Origin: Lepidodermella squamata
Lineage: Eukaryota; Animalia; Gastrotricha
DNA length: 64,000 nt
Assembly: GCA_047495785.1 (NCBI GenBank)
Contig: JBLDXI010000032.1
Coordinates: 434,001 to 498,000, forward strand
Reading direction: 5' to 3'
Shown: in pieces, positions 1 through 12,271 of the stretch
Numbering within the stretch: the first letter of the stretch is position 1
Layout of the letters: each line of letters begins with the position of its first letter
Program-made: the position numbers and the translations under genes
Notes under the pieces: generated by a model
What the model saw: the letters and a program-made list of their open reading frames with translations, nothing else
Told to the model about the DNA's origin: nothing
The model's database searches: none

Positions 1-56
1 AGAACCAAGAGGGAAAATTTCGGAGTTCCCAATTTTAACCTGATAAAGAATTTGGG

Positions 57-240
57 CACAGCGACAAAACAGCAACTGCACGAAACAGCGAATGCGACAA
101 AACAGCAAATTTTTAATTTCGCGACAAAACAGCGAAAACTTATAATGCAAAGATGAACGTGTTTCTGCTGTTATGTCGCAAGTTGAAAAATTTGCTGTTT
201 TGTCGCTTTTGCTGTTTTGGGTGTTTTCTGTTATGACGGT
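57..240. repeat. Palindromic MITE-like remnant built from GCGACAAAACAGC sub-repeats
   Basis: Three direct copies of GCGACAAAACAGC (about 62-133) are mirrored by reverse copies such as GCTGTTTTGTCGC (about 168-235). The arms aaaacagcaaattttt / aaaaatttgctgtttt pair. Confidence 0.6.
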
Positions 241-308
241 CTTCCAGAATTTGAAAGAATTAAAAAATATATGAATTCGAATTTTATGGATAATTTTTTT
301 TATTTCAG

Positions 309-2475
309 GCTGGCCACGTCACTCTTCCTCCAATTTGTACAGTTATGGAGCCTGCTCCTCCGTCATCGCTCGACCAGTTGATAGCTGGTACGGCGAATAT
401 TCATCTGAAGCCGACGTATTCCTACTCGCAGTTGATCTACTTCGCGCTGACCAGCTCGCCGGACAAGCCGCAGATGAGCCTGCAAGAGATCTACGACTGG
501 ATAATGGACAACTACCCGTACTTCCGGTCGGCGGACCCAAGCTGGCAGAACTCGGTGCGGCACAACTTGCAGCTGAACCGCTGCTTCGAGCGCGTGTCGC
601 GGAAACGCGACGCCACAACGGGCATGCTGCTGCCGACGCAGAAAACGTCGCTGTGGCAGTTGTCGCGCAACTACGCCTTCCTGCTCGAGAGCGCCGGCGA
701 TGTCGGCGACGACGAGCTTTCGCCTCGGCGCCGCTTCGGGGCCATGGACACCCTCGAAGAACCTAGCAAGCGCCTCAAGGTAATTGCCATCGGCCAAAAT
801 ATTCGCACCCTATAATTGAGATTCCAGTCTCAAATTTGAGCGCTCGAGCTCTAAATTTATTGCGTTTTCGAATTTTTCTTGATCGATGACGATTGAGCAA
901 ATTACCCTTGGATTTTTATTTTAGCTACTTGGGACCCTCAGGTATATAGGCAATTTTTTAATTTTGGCTGCTGATATCGGAAAAATCACTGATTTTGAAA
1001 TTCGATATACCTATTTCGCATATTCGGTACTTGAAAAGAGGAGAAAAACCATATTTTGGTGAAATGTTGAGCTGGAGCCTCAATTTGACTTATTATGGCC
1101 AACATTTATCGGCACCCGCTAAAATAAATTAATGAACTTTTACAGAAATTTTACTGAACGGCGAAATTCGATTTTTATTTCTATAAACTTTCTGCTGGTC
1201 ACATTTCAAAGAAACATTGCCATAGCCCTTAAATTATTGAGCAACGATTGAGTTGGGTGACCAATTTCGAAATCAAATTTAGTTTTTATGTGAGATGCCG
1301 ATGTCTATTCGATTTTCGTCTATTTAGAGGCTTCTGGAGTAATGACTGCATTATTTTGGCAAATTTTTCTAACTTTTTCTATTTTTTTTTACTTTTTTTA
1401 CCGAACCTATCACGTAAGATGTTTTTGCAAATTTTACTGAAATAGTCGATGCCCAAACTTGGAAACATTATAGCTGTAGTTCCCGAATAGCAAAATGTCA
1501 ACCACGCAAACTTATACCTGGCTATTCTATAGTATACCTATACCATATAATGAGCACATGTTTTTTTACCACTTTATTACGGGTTTTACCGAACATATTA
1601 TTGTAGTGCGTGAGTGCTTTCTGTATATTCCCCACATACTGCCCAACCCATATCGTTACTATGTAAATAGCCCGGTTAGCTCAGTCGGTAGAGCATGGGA
1701 CTCTTAATCCCAGGGTCGTGGGTTTGAGCCCCACATCGGGCGTTTCATTTTTTTATTTTTTTACATTTTTTTCTCTTCCCTAAAATTATTCAGAATTTTT
1801 TTATTTTAATAATTTATGATGATTTTATAGGTTTCCGGTGACCTGACGGATTTATTTGGTCCTGAATTAATAAACGATCTACTATCGGCCGAATCGGCTC
1901 TCTTCACGGATTTGGCCACGGACGGTGAACATCCCGGCTTACTAGGTGCGCCCTCTGCTTTCAACATCCCGCCGCTGAACCTGGGCGGCGGCGGCTCCGC
2001 CTCGCACCACAACCACAACCACCACGGCCCGCACCGCGGCGGCAACGGCGGCATGGCGGGCGCGACGCCGTCGTCCGAGGGCGACACGGACTCGATCGAG
2101 GAACTGCTGCTGCAGGACATGGTCAACGAGATGAACGGCCAGACGCCAGTTGATTTGCTCACCGGTGAAGCGCTCGACCTGACGGTGACCGGCATCAGCC
2201 TGCGCCCGCCGCCCGACTGGTGGGCGCCCGAGGTCGCCGAGCTGCTCATGGGCCCGCCGCCGCAGATGGGCGCCGGCGGCAGTCAGAACCAGCCGGGCAA
2301 CAACGGCGCCGGCATCGACCCGCTTGTCAACTCGCTAACAGCGTCCTTCTTCGCCTCCGACGGTTCTATCTGGGCCAATGCCGACTGGGACCCAGAGTCG
2401 CTTGACACCTTTCAACCAGCCGCTCCGGCTTCGGGCAATAGCGGCAACGCGAATAAGCACAACGCCGCCCAATAA
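309..2475 (+). CDS. Forkhead-box transcription factor (FoxJ/FoxN-like); exons 309-779 and 1831-2475, 5' end possibly upstream
   Basis: Forkhead signature KPTYSYSQLI...IYDWIMDNYPYFRSADPSWQNSVRHNL.LN.CF.RV. Acceptor tttcag at 308, donor AAG|gtaatt at 780 and acceptor ttatag at 1830 are all phase 0 and join ORFs 345-815 and 1912-2475. The C-terminus is acidic. Confidence 0.9.
1670..1742 (+). tRNA. tRNA-Lys(CTT) inside the Fox intron; T-loop variant
   Basis: GCCCGGTTAGCTCAGTCGGTAGAGCATGGGACTCTTAATCCCAGGGTCGTGGGTTTGAGCCCCACATCGGGCG, 73 nt, folds as a cloverleaf with anticodon CTT and is followed by T-runs. Confidence 0.93.
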
Positions 2476-3803
2476 ACCAAAAAAATACCCCACGAGATCG
2501 AAAAAAACCGCAACACAAAAATTCGACATTATTTTGACAAAAATAAGTATTTCAGTTACTGCTTTTAATTGAAATCAAATGTTGTGTTGATAAAACTTCT
2601 CTCTCATTTATAGCTCGCTAGTCGAACGAAAAAAATTGATAATTTTTTCGCCCGACTCTCGTTAACAAATTTTATTTATATTATGGCGATATCACCAACT
2701 GATCTTCATTTTCTCAGAAAAAATCTGGCTGGTACCCCGTGATGCGTGGTGGGTGTTTCGATATATATTATATTTATTCTAAATTTTATACACACTCGAC
2801 ACACGTATTAAAAAAATTATTGTCTTTTTTACAATAATCATAATCATAATTTTACCTAGTAATTATTTGCGCAAAGGAAATTTTATTGGCGCGCGTTTTT
2901 GTTGTCGCGTGCGCGCCCTTCAAGCCGGCCGATATTTATCACACGCGCACCTCCTTCTCCCCCAACTCTCCTCTCTCTACCCCGTCGATAATTTCCTATT
3001 AATTATTAACGAATCAATTCAGTCGATGGTTTGCGCTAGGGACAACACTGTTGTGTTCCAGCCACTTTCGCCCTGTAGTTGCACGGAAACAAACACACAG
3101 CTTGATATCTCGATAGCTATTTCACGTTTTCATTCTTAAGGTGGCTAAAATATCAACGCGATTATTGCTCTTGCGCCAAATATATGCTGCGATAGCCGAA
3201 CGTGTCGATCAAACCTCGTATAATATAGTTCAACTTTTAAAATGTGGCATACCTGGCTGCTTGAAACGAAAAAAAATCAAACAATATACATTGAAAAAAA
3301 TAGACAATGATGTGATGGTAAAATTTGCTGCACCTACAAGGTGCGCACATTTTCAGTTCAATTTTTCATGTGATTTTTCAGCTAGAACAAATCGAAAATG
3401 TTCTTTCGCTGTTGATGTTGTTGTTGTTGCTGCTTTTTTTCTGACTTGATGATAACTACAGCACTTTTCTTGAAATCGAATCTTCTGGAAATGTAGTTCT
3501 ATTTTTTGGGCATAATTTCAACTGAAAGTTTGTGATAATTCGAAATTTGGTATTATCATATATTGATTATGCGAGAAATGTGATAAAAATATAGGAGAAT
3601 TTTCTATTCGTCGTTTGAACACAAAAACCTGATAATATATTAATTCGTTTGATATAAAACATAATATATTTCTATTTATTTCATCATTATGTAATTATGA
3701 TAATATAATTATGGTGTCTGTGAAGCGACACAACACAAGAAGATGGCATTAAAATGGACGAAAAATAAAATAAAATGAAATGTTCAAAGTTCGAGTCTTT
3801 TAA

Positions 3804-4915
3804 TCATGTTAAATTCACGATAGTAGTACCATCGTTATTCAAAGGCTTGAGTACCAACTCGTTGGTGAGATTTTCGAGTTCCTGGGTTAAATTCGCGTTC
3901 AAGTCGTTCCAGGTCGATTCGATGAAATTAGGCACGACCTCGGCTAAATGAGCGGCGCCATTGAGGAGGCCGTTATAGCGCGGCATGGCGACGGTCGTGT
4001 AGCAGTAATAAAGCCCAGCCATGACCAGTGCCCAGGTGAGGGCCATCGTTAGCCCACTGAACGCCAGTGACAAGCGCCGTTTCAGCCTATAAATATACAC
4101 CAAGGAAACAAAACGAAAATTATGAAACCGGGCGGAAAATTTTATTCAAATTTCAAAGTCACGAATTTTGGCAGTGTGCGATGCGACGGGTCATTTGCAT
4201 TTTAATGACACGCCCCAGCGTCCGAGCGAGCACATACTCGCTAATTGTAATTACAGGTGCGGGTTTATAAGACGGATCCAAGGACCCCCGCTAAGCAAAC
4301 GCCGAGATTTTCGCCCCCGATGCGCCTTTGACTTTTCAGCAGCCCAGTTGCCTGTTAACCAAGACTCAACCGGTTGTATGTTGTCGCAATTTTCAGAACA
4401 AACCGGTTTAGCTTAGTTAACTGGCATAAACGGGACAATTTTTCAGCACTTCTTTTATATTTCTAAGATTTTCATTTTTCGGTCTCGATCGAAAGTTCTT
4501 TTGGCTTATAACTGATAAAAATTATTTTCTACCTTGAGCGACTACTGTAGGCTAGGTAGAGAGCGGGTAGGCTTGTGAAAGGTACGAGAAAGCCGCCAAA
4601 TAGAAACGAATACGCTGCCATCTTTTTTGTTGATAATTGCGCTTCGATAGGCGGCCATTCATCGATTTCGATATTGCTCTTCTTCACCGGGTTTTCAACT
4701 CGAACTGGCTTGATTGTTATTATTCGATCCAGCAGGTTGGCTGTCGTATCCACCTTACGAAGGTTCGACTGATTTTCATCGGCCGATTTTCCGAGAAATA
4801 TGTTTCCGCAAGATTTAGCTGGTTTCAGCTCTTCGGCCCCGGGCGGTCGAGGTGGTGGGGGTCTATTGGGTGGCAGTGCGGCCACTTTGTTAGATCTTAG
4901 TTGCTTGTTAAACAT
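3804..4915 (-). CDS. CD225/dispanin-like membrane protein with Pro-rich N-terminus; exons 4915-4533 and 4086-3804
   Basis: Phase-2 donor AG|gtagaa at 4532 and acceptor ttatag|G at 4087 fuse two ORFs into hydrophobic segment YSFLFGGFLVPFTSLPALYLAYSS, a basic loop RSRLKRR and a TM helix LSLAFSGLTMALTWALVMAGLYY. This matches the dispanin topology; family call is tentative. Confidence 0.6.
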
Positions 4916-5509
4916 TTCAAAATTTTGATTTTCTTCCAACTTTTACTACAAAGCTGTTTCCCACTATTCGGCACGCGTTTTATCAACATTTTCCACGCGC
5001 TTGGGGTGTTTTTTTTATTCCCCACTCCGCCCGAGAAGATGTTCGGGCGGTCTGGGTCGAATAAATGAACAGTGTGGGCAAGCCGGGTCTAATAAAAAAA
5101 AACTCGAAAATTTAAATTTTTATCATGAATGGAGCATTTAACCATGTGACGTAGATGTTGACGGACGCAAGACTGGGCCGATTTTTTGCCTGAGCCACAA
5201 AACACGAATATTCAGATCATGTTCGAATGCAAACAACTGTAGCTGTATTTTTTGTTGCGAATAAAAAACCGGTTCGGCGAAAAGGATATCGTTCGTGTTG
5301 CGCGTAAGGAACCCACAGCACACAGAATCCTAATATATACCTATGTAGTAATATTACCGATTGCATCTCTATTACCGAGCCTCCGCAAATGATCATCCGG
5401 TATCTGGTGATTACCTTCTCACAACAGACCTGGTATTGTGGTTTTTGGGTTTTATTATCTTTCGTATTATGGCCGTTGAATTTCTTGCTACGAAACCATG
5501 AATGTTCGT

Positions 5510-5900
5510 GGTTCGAATTAAGAAAAAGTGTGACTTTTTTCATTCGACAAATGTCTTTTTTTATCCGACCAATGTCTTATTTCATCCGACAACCAAAAAT
5601 GTGACTAAAATCATCCGACATGAAAATATCGATTTTCTCGTATTTTCCGAGTTCGATTTTTCCGAAGGAAAGTACCCCTTTTATGCACCCTAATTTGGCC
5701 CCTGAACCGGCATAATTTAATGGGGAAAGATTTACTGCGATCCGAGTTGTCACTTTTCTACTGTAATTTTTTGAAAATATGAAAAGTAAGTCGGCAGGTT
5801 TTAGTCCCATTTTTGCTTGTCGAATGAAATAAGGCACTGGTCGGATGAAATAAGTTTTCCCCGAGAACGCAGTATCAAAATTAGTCACAAGAATCGAAGA
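5510..5900. mobile_element. Degenerate MITE with internal inverted repeats
   Basis: About 50-bp inverted pair: 5563-5610 (atccgaccaatgtcttatttcatccgacaaccaaaaatgtgactaaaa) versus 5799-5853, with repeated (T)CATCCGAC units. Outer ends uncertain. Confidence 0.6.
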
Positions 5901-5928
5901 TAGTCAGCATAATCTATTAAAATAAATA

Positions 5929-6675
5929 TCGCATATAAATATAAATTAGTTGGTACAGTAGGTATTGAGGCTAGGATTTAGAGCTCGAATAAATAATTTT
6001 TCGGTACGTAGTAAACGATATGTTAACAATGATGTAGAATTTGTGTAGTGAACGGTGGATCAGATTTTGTACAAGTTCATTTTACAAGTTATTCCTACAT
6101 GCGCATAGTAAAATTTAGCCATTGGGAAATTGAATTTATGTATGGTTGAATAAAAAATTTCCGGAGATGGAATTGTTATTTCAATTTTTTACGCTATTTT
6201 AACTGTGGTATGACCCTTTAACACTCCAAAAAGTCGCTCCAGATTATGCGCATATACTATAGAGGCTCATTACACTTTGATATAAGATGAATCATATTAT
6301 AATGTTTTTTCTGTTGACTTTTTTTGCCTTCGCTACGCTGCTCTTCGAGAAAATACGAGGATTATACATCATTACTAGTATAACTACTAGCATACTAGTT
6401 ATTCTGCGCGTTTTTCTCTCCGGTAGTTTACTGCGATGAAGCTAGCTTTCGGAGGAGCACCCCGGCTCTTTGGGGAACTGGCTGGCAGCTTTTTGAAGAC
6501 CTTTTACCAGGTCTTCAATAAGCCGCTTTTCCAGGTTTTCCCAAGGGTGCTCAGGTGCCCCTTTTTAAAGCTAGTTTTATCAAAGTGTTTTCATTTATCA
6601 AAGTCTAGGGTATAGCCATAATAGAGTATTCCCTTAATACCTACTGTACCAACTAATTTATATTTATATATGCGA
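5929..6675. mobile_element. Non-autonomous DNA element with about 42-bp terminal inverted repeats
   Basis: tcgcatataaatataaattagttggtacagtaggtattgagg (5929-5970) is a near-perfect inverse of 6632-6675. No clear TSD. Confidence 0.7.
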
Positions 6676-6703
6676 CTGTATTCGTTTTATAGTCATTAAC
6701 ATA

Positions 6704-7034
6704 CCGTACTGCCCGGAACAAAAACCATGAAATTTGGTTTTTTTCAAACGTTGATGAACCTCTAACATTTAAAAGGGACTGACATTTATTTATTCGAGCT
6801 AACTATAGTAACTTGCCTAGGTACCAAAATGGCATACATTTTCCTGAGATTCTACGTATTTTTACCCAAAAAATTGGTCCCTGACCTTTCTATGTGCCAA
6901 GAGTAGAAATTATTTCCATTCAGAATGGCTATAATGATCTCATTAGTGATCTTCAGTACTGTCCCCGCCATTGATCTGACATTTATTTGAGGCTGCCATT
7001 TGTTCGAGGCTGACATTATTTTCGGGCAGTACGG
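6704..7034. mobile_element. Tc1/mariner-superfamily (pogo/Tc2-type) MITE
   Basis: TA|CCGTACTGCCCG ... CGGGCAGTACGG|TA: 12-bp perfect TIR, TA target duplication, internal CTGACATT(T)ATT repeats. Confidence 0.85.
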
Positions 7035-7140
7035 TATATTATATTACCTATTTTTCTATTATTTCTTTAGATTAATTTTTTAAGAATATAGCTGAACACA
7101 CACCCTTTTTCAAAAACTGTATTATCGGGCTCTTATTAGA

Positions 7141-8096
7141 ATGGATAACTATTCGATAGATTCACTTCGACAAGCGCTTCAGACCTACAAAAATGAGAGT
7201 TGGAGCACTATTCGTGAGCTTGAAAGCATTAGTCGTTTCGTGCAAAATTCCCACAAAGGTTCCAATATTGTGAAAACTGTTGGAACCAGCGCTGGCGTAG
7301 CGGGCACCGTGGCGACTGCCGGACTCCTCTTTGCGCCTCTAACGTTTGGTCTTTCTGCCATTGCAGCCGGGGTAGCAGTTGGCGGGGCAGCTGGCAGCAT
7401 TGCTGCTACTGTCTTATGCGCATTTGGTGATAGCCATGATGGCAAAATCGCCATAAGAAGAATCGAAAAAGCTCAGAGTGCTCATCAGCGAAGTGTCAGT
7501 AAGCTGAACGAAGAACTGGAGAAGTGGAATGAACTAGTGAGCCACTTGCAAAGATCTTGTGAAATTGATACCGATGCAGCTCTATTCAGCGTGATTGCTT
7601 TCATTTTCGACACGGGTAAGAAAGTTTACAATTTGACGAGTCTCGCCAGCCAAGTGTCAAATGCTGTAAAAGTCGGCAATATCACGAAGATTTTGCAAGC
7701 GAACAAAGTCGGTCTCCAAATTGGCAAATCGATCACCGGCAAAGGAATCTCGGTATCTTTTCATCCTGAAGTAATGGGCTTACTGTCACCAGCTCAACAA
7801 CAAATGCTTATTAGGACACCTGAAAAAATTATGAGCGGGAGCGGTTTGTCCTTCCTTGCCAAGGGCATGTTTGTTGTGAGCATAGACAATAATACTATTA
7901 TAATGTATTATTGTCTATGGTTGTGAGTGTCTGCTTCACTGTTGGCGACGTTTATTCTCTGGTCAAGTCGTGGAAGTCCAAGCACCCGTTATTCGCTCCT
8001 ATCGATACGTTCATTGATGACATAAAACGCTCAATTGAATCAACTGACGCTATGATCAAATTGATCGACCACATGAACAGCTCGATAAAAAAATGA
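7141..8096 (+). CDS. Apolipoprotein L-like protein (two coding segments, junction near 7876-7927 unresolved)
   Basis: ApoL-type hairpin HKGSNIVKTVGTSAGVAG...GLLFAPLTFGLS...GAAGSI, a coiled coil, and C-terminal DVYSLVKSW followed by an amphipathic helix. Confidence 0.75.
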
Positions 8097-9496
8097 TGAT
8101 GATGATGATATTATGATAATAATAATAATAAACTAGACTCACTAGCTAAAAATCATGATATTGCCTACTCACTGTATAAAACAAGAGAGCAAAGAAAAAT
8201 TCCAGATTTATTATTAGCCGATGAAGCACGTAAAATAGCATTAGACCCAATTGCACACCCAGCATAACGATTTTGTGGGCATCGACAGTTGTAAAAATAA
8301 TTGAAAATAATGGGGTAGCAGATCCATTAAGATGGCTCCATTAAGAAACACAATAGGTTAGTCTGATGAATTCTGAGACTTGACCCCGTAAAAGATGGTG
8401 AAATTGTCGAACCTTCAGGTTAAGGGATCGAATGGCCGCTTCATATTTCCGTCATCACGATTGCAGGGTTCAATGAGCTCCCAAAGCTTCGAAAGGGCAA
8501 ATTCGAACAAATTGAAATTTATCCAATAATTTAATATGAAATTTCAAAAGCATTTTCGGGAGGCTTAATTATTCGTAAGCTGGTTCCGCTTCCGGCTGAA
8601 TTTGCTACCGCTAAAAGTGAGACCCATGGCCTATTTATGTGATCCTTAAGGCCAATAAAAAACACTAGGTTAGACCAAAATTTTGAATTTTTATTCATTA
8701 TAATCATTATTATCATCATTAGAACAAGTTTTTTCCATCAATTTCCAGCTGAGATTGTTTCCTTTTTAAACAAAGATTACAACATGACCTGACACGATCT
8801 ACATACACCCTTTAGCGTCGAGCGGTGTGCGAAGCACGAATACATCAGCTCAACAAAAATGTGTATATTTAGGTATAAAATACAAACAAGACTGAAAACT
8901 CCGGCTTTCAATAACAATTCAATGTATAGATATAGAACAGCGCACAGTGAGATGACGCCATAAAATAACGGGACGAAATTTCAATTAAAAAATTCGACCC
9001 ATATAACATCCGAGTTTACTCGTAAATTTGTACAAATGCACACAATTAACAGCTTGTAGTTCTTGATGTCCCAAAAAATTAATATAGGGGTTAATAAGGT
9101 TCATATAATTTTTCGATAATATAAAGAAAATTTTTACAAAACACAGTTTTCTTGCACAATTTTCTCGTTTTAGCTAGGTATTTTTCTTCATCATATTTGC
9201 TGCACAGGTAGCGTATGAAATGGCAAGATTTACGCGCGCCGTATAATATCAGTCATGATAATAATAGAAAAATTCAGGCAAAAAAATCACCGATTAAGAC
9301 GACATGATATAATTTGTTTTAGTAGTAGTAGTGTAAATAATCGGAAGAAAAAGAAAAAAACGTAAAATTTTTAACGTAAGATCACACTTTAAAGGTATAT
9401 AATATTCTGTACAGATTCTTTTAATATGAGACAACAAGCTGTCGTCGATCATGGCTAGGAGAGATAGAGAGATAAATTTGAGGCAAATGTTGTTTT

Positions 9497-12271
9497 TTAG
9501 GCAAGTTCAGCTTGTTGAACGAGTTGTTGCGACAGCGAAGGCAATGACGGCATTAGATTCAAAAAAGCTGAGGATAAAAGCGAGTTCGTGTTGTTATTAT
9601 TGCTCGATGACGATGAGCTGCTCGTCGAACTGACTGTCGACGAAGCGCCGGATGCTGCTTGATTGCTGTTGTTGCTGGTGGCGATCTGCTGCACCTGCGC
9701 CATGAATGTTTCGAGTTCATCGGCGGCTTTTGTTAGAAACGAGGCTGATTCTCGATAGCCGGCGATTAGTGAACGAACCCGGCCGACGTCGCCGCCAGCT
9801 CCGAAGCGAGGCGCCATGGCGTTGAGAAGCGATGAGGTGGCTACGCCAGGGGGCGGCATAGAGAGGAGAGGCGTGGGTGGCACCGGCAGATTGCGAACCG
9901 ACAGGTCGAGAGCACCGGCACCGAGTTGAGTCGCCACTGGGGTTCCTAAAAAATGGACAAATCAAAAATTAATATGAGGCTAATTAAATTTGAAAGCTCA
10001 TTAGAACATAAAAATTCCAGGAAAATCCTAAACTAAATAGTCTAAGAATTCCAAGAAATGAGATTTTGTACTTCAAAAGCTAGGCTAAGGTAGGAAATTA
10101 TCAGGATTACTCAATAATATGACTAGTATAGCGTAGGAGGTTTGGGTCTTCAACACCCCAAGAGAAATCCTGAAACAAGGTCACCAAGTGCCTAATTGCT
10201 TAATTTTTGGCACTTCGTCTACCTCAACCAATCGAAAGACAGCCCGAAATAATTCACGTCTACTACGCCTATGCTAATAATAGGAAATTATTGGTGAGTA
10301 CAAATCTTAGAATAAACGATTTTTTAGAAATCCCATCGAAAATAAAGAAATCGATTAATTTCAAGGGAATCAATCTGAAAGCAGAACGAACTTCGACCAG
10401 AAGGGGAAAAATCTTTGAACAATTCATTCGCCGAAAAATGCTTTTCCGTTATTTCCGGCAATGCCATGATAAATTTAAAAAATCCAATTTTCAGTGTAAG
10501 GTCATCACTCAGATCACCGCTTCGAGAACACAAAATTTAACAAAACCTGGAAATATTTCAACAATCTCAAGTTCCAAGCATTTTTAGACATTTTTCATGG
10601 TAACAACCTAAAATTGTTGCTCGCTTAAGCTCGCTAACCATTTTTCCTATTTCCTTCGTGTGAAATCTCGAAATATGCCATCATGCAAAAAAATAGTCAT
10701 AAATCAGCTAAAAATCTAGACATTTTATAATGGTTCCCTGGAAGTCGCGCAAGTTTTGCAGCCATGATTCCATTCTTTTCGAATTAAAGATTTTGCTGAC
10801 TAATTTGAAGTAGGGCGCCATGCAAATTTGTTCAATCTTGTAAAATTCGTTTAGAAATATTCGGGAATCTTCCAAAATGATTCTCCCTTATCCTGCATTA
10901 TTCGGATAAGTCTCAGATTTTTCGTCAGACGACTACAATGTGTAAAAAAATTGAAGACACTCATAATCCTAACCCTTTCAATGTCTAGTATTTCGCTCGC
11001 TAATATAACAGGTTTATAAGGAATAAAACTGACCTGAACCGAGTCGATCCTGGTTCTGGAAAGCAGTGAGAAAATTTGCACCCCCAAATAGCTGACTCAT
11101 AAAATTCGCCGCCGCAGCCGCTTGTTGCTGTTGCGTGAGCTGTTGCTGGTTCTGCTGCTGCTGCTGTGGTTGCGGCGACGGCTGAGGCATGCCGCCGACC
11201 TGTTGGTTAGGCGAGGCGCGAGACTGACGCGGCAGAACAGCTTTCCGCTGCCTTGGCCGCCGCATCTGCGTCAAATGATGCGGCTGATGCATTTTCAACA
11301 GGTGATGATGGGCGCCGTTCGCCAACGGGTGACGCGCATAGCCGCTGCCCGGCATGTTCTGATCGCCGCTGATGGCCGGCGATGACCGGTAGCGCTTCGC
11401 ATCAGGCTCAACAGACCCGTCGACGTTCACCTCATCAGTTTCACCATCGATCATATCGTCGTTGTTGCAAACAGCGACGAGAGGAGACGATGAAGGCAGA
11501 TGATCATCACCAGCCATCATGTGACCGTTGTGACCGCCATTTCCGGAAACAGTCGACGAAGCGCCTGGCGTCTCGGCAGCACTTGGAGACCCCTGAAAAT
11601 CAGAAAAAAATTGTTACAAAAAATTAAAAAATCCAGCTTAATTTTAAAATATTATTATCGAATTATTCTAAGCCTATTTAAGGTACCAAAGATGAGGCTA
11701 AATCGTAGCGCTGCTTAAAGCGATGAAGCCAGCCGGTCGAAGCGCCAAAGCCTTGAACCCCAAGCCTGGCCGCGATTTCGGTCGCTTTTCGCCTGATCAT
11801 TTCCGGTCTCGGTAAAGCACCGCCATTCAACACGCGACCATCAGTTTTAATCCAGCGAACGAGCTCTTCCTCAACCTGTTCGAACTGGCCGGCTCGAAGT
11901 CGCTTGCGTGATGTCGGAACACCGTTCATTGTCAAAGCGCGTTTTATGATGAACTTCTTACGGCGGAGTGTCATCGATAGGGTTGTTGAGCTGAGGCCGG
12001 GAAATCGGCGTAAAATAACCGATCGCGGTAGTTTTTCCGCTTCGACCATTCCAATCCATCGCAGTTTATCTTCAATGCTCCACTGTTTGCGAGAAGCAAC
12101 TCCACTTCCGCCGCCGTGGCCACCAGTCGACGACGAGTGGGGAGAGGGCGCGGTTCCGATATTACTGCAGTGATTCACATCAGAAAGGGGCGAGTCGACT
12201 GTTATTTCGCTCGAACTGCCATGTTCGCTTCCGTTTTGACTGTGGTTATCTTGCTTTACTTTAAGCGCCAT
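9497..12271 (-). CDS. Isoform B: CENP-B/pogo (Tigger/jerky-type) double HTH plus the same shared tail; exons 12271-11687, 11592-11034, 9945-9497 (530 aa predicted)
   Basis: RKQWSIEDKL...STTLS..LR and RKRLR...VEEELVRWI...IRRKATEIA..LG...F.ASTGWLHRFKQRY are CENP-B N-terminal and HTH_Tnp_Tc5-type motifs. No DDE domain follows. A weak donor TTG|gtacct at 11686 is phase 0 and gives a 94-nt intron to the acceptor at 11593. Confidence 0.72.

Noticed and set aside
57-240. CRISPR-like spaced repeats
   Set aside because: Eukaryotic context, irregular spacing, inverted arrangement and no cas genes; these are MITE sub-repeats.
8370-8645. Coding-looking stretch on the + strand with in-frame TAA stops
   Set aside because: No recognisable homology. 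Neighbouring genes use TAA as stop, so recoding is unsupported; at most a decayed fragment.
11678-12271. Autonomous pogo/Tigger transposon
   Set aside because: No DDE domain, TIRs or TSD around the exon; it fits a domesticated exon better.
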